Assembly: GCA_951406725.2 (NCBI GenBank)
Contig: OX597821.1
Location: 6,386,001 to 6,450,000 of the forward strand
Reading direction: 5' to 3'
Source of the DNA: Octopus vulgaris
Taxonomy: Eukaryota
Length of the DNA: 64,000 bases
This document shows positions 57,437 to 64,000 of this stretch, in pieces. Each line of letters starts with the position of its first letter. Positions within the stretch are counted from its first letter, which is position 1. The position numbers were made by a program, and so were the translations under genes. The notes beneath the pieces were generated by a model. It had not been told where the DNA came from. It saw nothing but the letters and a program-made list of their open reading frames with translations, and did no database searches.

Positions 57437-57605
57437 TACGCTATACACACACACACACACACACATATACATACATATATACATTTACATATACATATGC
57501 ATACTTAACATAATTAATGAAACTGATAAAATATAACATCTGATACAGTATATCATTAAACTTGGTTGCAATATAAAAATGGAAGCAATACCCTGTTCAT
57601 ACACA

Positions 57606-57650
<45 letters not shown>

Positions 57651-57865
57651 CGTCTCCTTACATACACACCCACCCACACACATATACACACACACATGCA
57701 CACATATACATATACTGAGGGCTTATATGCCCCTTTATTAGACTATTTTCCTTAGTCATTGCACGGTGATTGGCACAAGCATTAAGCTTATATAAAAATA
57801 CCGTTATTATTATTTACAGGATTGTAAAATACGGTGCCATGTAAAAAGCCATTTGCACCGACAGC

Positions 57866-57925
<60 letters not shown>

Positions 57926-57972
57926 ATGATGATGATTATATATATACATATATATCTGTGTGTGGGTGTGTC

Positions 57973-58018
<46 letters not shown>

Positions 58019-58133
58019 TATATGCACAGGTACACACATATGGACATACACACACATGCACACACACACACAAACACAAACGCATGCATATGCATACACA
58101 CATACAGAGAGAGATAGATAAAGGAGAGATAGA

Positions 58134-58182
<49 letters not shown>

Positions 58183-59349
58183 AGATAGAGCCAAAGAGCA
58201 CTCATTATACACACTACTTTATCTCAGAAACTGATATATGTATTTATTTAGCTATCCAAATATACACACTTGCAGTATATTTGTTTGCGAACCATGAGTG
58301 ATACGCCTGCCTCTAATGTGCACTTCCTCCCAAATGAGTGTAGTCCTGAAGAGTAGCGAGACGAGTGCACAGGAGTACTTGCGATATTGATATGGTATTT
58401 GTTGGGGATTAAATGTAAAAACATTGGTGCTGAAATGATGTATCAGTTTTCTCCCTCTGCTGCTTCTGCTGTTGCTGCTGCTACTATTCTTCTTCTTCTT
58501 CTTCTTCTTCTTCTCCTCCTCCTCCTCTTCCTCTCTTCCTTCCTCTCCCCTCCTTCTCTTTCTCCCCTACTCCCCCTCCTTCCCTCCTACTCCTCATCCA
58601 CTCCTCCTCCTCCCCTCCTTCTACTCCTCATCCCACCCTTCTCTCCCCTCCTTCCTCTCCCCTTCACCCCTCCACCCCCTCCTTTCTCTTCCTCACGCTT
58701 TTGTCTCCAATCTTCCATGAAAGCATGTCTTATCATTGGGTAACAATTACCTTACCTGGAAACATGAGGACTGAAGACAAGAAGGAGATATCCACCCATA
58801 GAAAATCCACCTTGAGAAATTGTATCTCTCCCACAAGAGTCTGGCAAAATGGACGTTAAAATGAGGACGATGACTTGTGCGCAGATATATACCCACATAT
58901 AAAGTCAAGCAGACTAATTGAGACTGTTTGTGTAGAGATATTTCAAAGCCTGTAAATAAGGCAAATGAAAGATAGAAGCATGGAACTTATTTTCCTTTTT
59001 TTATAATTTTATTTGTAATACCATAATCGTTTCTAATAAAGGCACAAGGCCTGAAATTTTGGGAGAGATTGATCCTTACTATTGACCCACAGCACTTGAC
59101 TGATTCTTTATTTCATTGATCCCAGGGCAATGAAAGACAGAATTGACCTTGGCAAGAACTCAGAATGTAAAAAGTTGGAAGAAATACTGTGTAGCATTTT
59201 TTGGACATGCTAATGGTTCTGCTAGGGTTACCACTTGCTTTGTAATAACTTAATGAAAGATAATGGTAAATGTTCCATCAACTGTGTAATCAATTGGACA
59301 GAAGCAGAAGATGAAACATGCTCTTTGAGTACGCAGTGTGGGTCTGTTA

Positions 59350-59580
59350 CTTGCAATGACTCCAAACATCATAACCAACGTCGGATTCTTGCTTTATATG
59401 ACAGCAGGAACTTTGGAAGGCTCCATACCAATAATCCTGAAATTGCAGTGACTGATGATTTTCGTTGGCTACAAATTCCTTTTTGTCAACAAAGTTTCTT
59501 ATTTTCTATCCTATGTGCTTTAGGCAGATGAGATCTTTGGAACTCTCTCAGCTCTGATATCTTTAGAATAGATTGTGAGA
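59350..59580 (-). pseudogene. Possible third, highly decayed maT transposase fragment
   Basis: Minus-strand MEPSKVPAVI*SKNPTLVMMFGVIASN resembles DPSEVPNVMHTKFPATVMVLGVVSN of the 25038 element. Confidence 0.45.
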
Positions 59581-59660
59581 ATACTTCAGTGCTTAACCCC
59601 TTACTCTGTCAAATGTAATGCTTATTGGTTCACATTGTCTTGAATTAATCATGCACTATC

Positions 59661-60190
59661 TCATCATCATCATCATCATCATTTAACATCCACTTTCCAT
59701 GCTAGTATGGGTTGGGCAATTTGACTGAGAACTGGCGAACCAGATGGCTGCACTAGGCTCCAATCTTGATCTGGCAGAGTTTCTACAGCTGGATGCCCTT
59801 CCTAATGCCAACCACTCTGAGAGTGTAGTGGGTGCTTTTACATGCCACCAGTACGGGGGCCATTCAGGCGGTACTGGTAACAACCCCGCTCGAATGTTTT
59901 TTCACGTGCCAGTAAAGCAATGCTGGTAACAATCACGTTTGAATGGTGCCTTTTACGTGCCACCGGTACAGAAGCCAGCTAGCCGCTCTGACAATGGTCA
60001 TGCTCGGATGGTGCTCTTAGTGCCCCACTAGCACAGGGCACAAGTACCAGTAAGGCAATGCTGGCAACAATCACGCTCGAATGGTGCCTTTTACGTGCCA
60101 CCGGCATGGAAGCCAGTTAGCCGCTCTGTCAACAATCGCACTCGGGTGGTGCTCTTAGCGCCCCACTAACACGGATGCTAGTGATTGTTT
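59661..60190 (-). mobile_element. RTE LINE 3' UTR fragment with internal tandem duplication
   Basis: Same 3' terminus as 61420. A block of about 130 bp (aatcacg..gaatggtgccttttacgtgccaccgg..ggtgctcttag) occurs twice. Confidence 0.85.
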
Positions 60191-61150
60191 AATGTAGAAT
60201 AATATTGTAGGGTTAGTGTGAAAGTCTGGATCTGATCAGTTTGAACATAAAACAGAATGTTTGGGCTGGATATGGCTGGTTTAAATGCTGAAAGATTAAG
60301 TGATTTTTAACAGCCCCTGCTATTGTCCTGCTACTGACATCATGGTCATTTATTTTTTTCACAAATTTGGCCATGCAGATTGATGAATGTGCTGTGATAG
60401 ATCATTTCAAACCAGCCAGAAAGGTACAAGTATACTTGTGATTGCTGTGAGCAGCCTGAGACAAACGAAAGAAAAACTATAGCTTTAAGCTTAACCAGAA
60501 TATGGTAAACTGTTGCATTCCATATCCTGTGTCAGTAATGACATAATGAGGACAATAACCAGTATGGCTTATTTCAGTAATAAAATTTCCTCACTGTGAT
60601 TCCAAAAATTTAGTACAATCTGTCATAAACTTTAGCAAAAATATGCCAAAAAAATAGAAAGCAACATAAATTTAATATCTTAGCCTTAATACATGCCAAA
60701 AAAATAATTTTTCTTAATTCATAATACTTTTAAACATAACATTTTAAAAAATAGTCCCAGTTTAGCTGTCTGACTCTGTATGAATATATATTATACATGT
60801 ATATGTGTGCATATATATATGTATGCGTGCGTGCGTGCGTGCACACACACACCATCATCATCATCATTTAGCGTCCATTTTCCATGCTGGCATGGGTTGG
60901 AAGGTTTGACTGTGGTTTCTACGACTGGATGCCCTTCCTAATGCCAACCACTCCCTGAGTATTATGGGAGCTTTTTATGTGCCACCGGCACAGATGCCAG
61001 TTCCATAGCTCCGGTATTGGCCATAACTACAACCTTACTTGGCTTGACAGGTCTTCTCAATCACAGTATAATGCCAAAAACCTCGATGTGTGTGTGTGTA
61101 CATGTGCGTGCGTGTGTACGTGTGCATACGTGCATGTGTATACATATACA

Positions 61151-61184
<34 letters not shown>

Positions 61185-61185
<1 letters not shown>

Positions 61186-61413
61186 TTTATTTAAAGCAGC
61201 AGAAAATTCAACAAAACCTATTACTCTGAGTTTCACGTTGCCATTGATCTGACAGTTTTTTCTAGCAAAAACTGTCCGATGAACGGCAACGTGAAACTCA
61301 GAGTAACAGGTTTTGTTGAATTTTCTGCTGCTTTAAATAAAGCATATTACTCTACCACTGGTATTTGAGTACTCTTTTTTCCACCTTGTTTCACATTTAT
61401 GTGTTTACTCCGG
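61185..61413 (+). mobile_element. Hairpin with tail element in (TA)n
   Basis: Arms of about 78 bp centred on ttttt.ctagcaaaaa (about 61263), with an unpaired tail of about 70 bp. Same family as 40311-40527. Confidence 0.8.
61272..61309 (+). ncRNA. Minimal type I hammerhead ribozyme motif, C4 core variant
   Basis: CTGT-CCGATGA-ACG(GCAA)CGT-GAAA-CTCAGAG-TA-ACAG: stem II is closed by a GNRA tetraloop and the triplet is GUA. Confidence 0.7.
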
Positions 61414-61419
61414 TATATA

Positions 61420-63931
61420 TATCATCATCATCATCATCATCATCATCATCGTTTAGCGTCCGTTTTCCATGCTAGCATGGGTTGGACGGTTCTACTGGGG
61501 TCTGTGAAGCCAGAAGGCTTCATCAGGCCCAGTCAAATCTGGCAGTGTTTCTACGGCTGGATGCCCTTCCTAACGCCAACAACTCCGTGAGTGTAGTGGG
61601 TGCTTTTTACGTGCCACCCGCACTGGTGCCAGACAGAGCTGGCAAACGGCCACGAACGGATGGTGCTTTTTATGTGCCACCGGCACGAGGGCCAGGCGAG
61701 GCTGGCAACGGACACGAAACGGGGCGGTGCTGGCAACGGTCGCGAAACGGAAAGTTCTCTTACATGCCACCGGCACTGGTAACACATCTGCAATTTCCAT
61801 TGATCGATTTCGATTCTGATCCTCACTTGCCTCAACACGTCTTCACAAGTAGAGTTTTGTGTCCCAAGAAGGGAAGGTATGCATACGTAGGCTGGCTCCA
61901 TCCCATGTAGAAGGCCACGGGTTATGGACTCACTTGTCCTGCCGGGTCTTCTCGCGCACAGCACACTTCCAGAGGTCTCGGTCTCTAGTCATTTCCTCAG
62001 TGCTTCACCACCTCGTCCCAGGTTTTCCTGGGTCTGCCTCTTCCACAGGTTCCCTCAACTGCTAGGGTGTGGCACTTTTTCACACAACTATCTTCATCCA
62101 TTCTCGCCACATGACCATACCAGCGCAAACGTCTCTCTTGCACACCACAACTGATGCTTCTTAGGTCCAGCTTTTCTCTCAAGGTACTTACACTCTGCCG
62201 AGTGTGAGTACCGGCATTACACATCCATCGGAGCATACTGGCTTCATTTCTAGCGAGCTTACGCATATCCTCAGCAGTCACGGCCCATGTTTCACTGCCA
62301 TGTAGCATGGCTGTCGTACACACGCATCATACAGTCTGCCTTTCACTCTGTGCGAGAGGCCTTTTGTCACCAGCAGAGGTAAGAGCTCTCTGAACTTTGC
62401 CCAAGCTATTCTTACTCTAGCAGTTACACTTTCAGCACACCCGCCCCCGCTGCTGACTTGGTCACCTAGGTAACGGAAACTATCAACTATTTCTAGTTTT
62501 TCTCCCTGGAAAGTGACGGAAGTTGGTCTCAGAGCATTTTCAGTGTTTATTGTTCCTGAGCATCTGCCACATACAAAAACCATCTTCCTAGTTAGCCTTC
62601 CTTTGACATTGCTGCATCTCTTATGTGTCCATAGCTTACACTTGGTGCATCTTATAGAGTTTCTACCTACACCTTTTCTACAGATCGAGCAGGGCCATCT
62701 ACCTGAAGGTGTTTGTGATTTGTCTACCTTCCTACTGATTACGACTTTGGTTTTAGCTAGATTGACTCTGAGGCCCTTCGATTCTAATCCTTGTTTCCAC
62801 ACCTGAAACTTCTCCTCCAGTTCTGATAGCGACTCAGCAATTAGAGCAAGGTCATCAGCATAGAGGAGCTCCCAGGGGCATCCTGTCTTGAATTCCTCCG
62901 TTATTGCCTGGAGGACTATGATAAATAGGAGGGGGCTGAGTACTGAGCCTTGGTGGACCCCTACCTCTACCCGGAATTCTTCACTGTACTCATTTCCAAC
63001 CCTCACCCTACTAGCAGCGTCCCTATACATGGCCCGCACAGCTCTCACTAACCATTCATCTATCCCTAGTTTCCTCATTGCCCACCAGATAAGGGATCGG
63101 GGGACCCTGTCAAAGGCTTTCTCCATGTCAACAAAAGCCAGGTACAGGGGCTTATCTTTGGCTAGGTATTTCTCCTGCAGTTGCCTTACCAGGAATATAG
63201 CATCAGTAGTACTTTTCCCTGGCACAAACCCAAACTGCATCTCATCTAAACTAACTCTCTCTCTAATTAGTTGGGCTATGACCCTCTCCGTAACCTTCAT
63301 CACCTGATCCAACAGCTTGATACCTCTGTAGTTATTTGTATCTAGGGCATCACCTTTACCTTTGTAGCAGTTGACTATTATACTGCTACATCAGTCATTG
63401 GGTATGACCCCTTTGTGTATCACCTGATTAACTATACGGGTGACTAGGCTATAGCCGACACTACCAGACATTTTGAGCATCTCTGCAGTGATTCCTGATG
63501 GGCCTGGGGCTTTCCCTGTCTTCATGCTTCTAATTGCCTTAGCTACCACGGAACTATCAACTCGGATAGCTGGTCCCTCTGTTGGGTCAACATTCGGCAG
63601 ACTCTCTTTATCCCATTCATTTTCTTCATTCAGCAACCTTTCATAGTGGCATCTCCAAACCTCTCTCTTTGCATCCTCATTTAGCGCAAGTGAACCATCT
63701 TCCATGCGGACACACTTCTCTCCTACCACATCACGATTCTCTCTCACACACTGTCTTGCAACACGAAACACCTCCAGTCTTTGGTCTTCACGGCGCAGAA
63801 CATTGGCAAATTTTTTCTTATCTGCTTCCCCTCTGGCTAAATAAACCTGTCTCCTAGCTTCTCTTTTGGCAGTCTGATACAATTCCCTGCTACCCCCATT
63901 TTTCCAGACCTTCCAAGCCTGTCTCTTTTCT
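61420..63931 (-). mobile_element. 5'-truncated RTE-clade LINE (RT region, 3' UTR and (GAT)n tail)
   Basis: ORFs 63391..63975, 62278..63312 and 61997..62323 join into an RT with KAPGPSGI, QFGFVPGKSTTDAIF, FVDMEKAFDRV, GVHQGSVLSPLLF, LLYADD, FRYLG, RLRWYGHVAR and GRGRPRKTW. Lesions are a premature stop at 63391, a frameshift near 62316 and a short deletion near 62000. Confidence 0.95.
62560..62697 (-). other. C4HC3 PHD-type zinc finger inserted in frame in the LINE reverse transcriptase
   Basis: CSIC-x11-CTKC-x4-H-x2-C-x14-CGRC lies between GLRVNLAKTKVV and LEIVDSFRYLG. Confidence 0.8.
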
Positions 63932-63932
63932 C

Positions 63933-63972
<40 letters not shown>

Positions 63973-64000
63973 CATATATATATATATATAAATTAAATTA

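Noticed and set aside
59235-59531. 98-aa Cys-containing plus-strand ORF
   Set aside because: It starts at a SINE edge, and the opposite strand better matches a decayed maT transposase.
62513-63857. Plus-strand ORFs 62513..62806, 62888..63307 and 63582..63857
   Set aside because: Antisense shadows of the LINE RT coding sequence.

Overview
AT-rich, microsatellite-saturated eukaryotic DNA that reads as intronic or intergenic animal sequence. The SINE, RTE and microsatellite make-up suggests an octopus (coleoid cephalopod) genome, which is an inference. Nearly all ORFs in the supplied track are simple-repeat or antisense artefacts, and no host gene can be identified; there is one weak candidate exon at 7738-7875. 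Real content: (1) a 5'-truncated, lightly decayed RTE-type LINE at 61420-63931 (-) whose reverse transcriptase carries an in-frame C4HC3 PHD-type finger, plus many 3'-end fragments of it; (2) two or three DD37D (maT) Tc1/mariner relics and a mariner-type MITE; (3) two R4/Dong-type endonuclease fragments sitting in (TAA)n; (4) Helitron and Helentron-type non-autonomous elements; (5) a foldback element with a 9-bp target-site duplication inside a SINE; (6) four tRNA-derived SINE families; (7) a decayed Penelope-like RT. The most notable signal is a set of short 'hairpin plus tail' elements of several unrelated families inserted in (TA)n tracts. They carry minimal type I hammerhead ribozyme motifs, some with canonical cores and some with variant cores (U3:A8, C4, long stem II). 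Coordinates were read by eye and may be off by a few bases.
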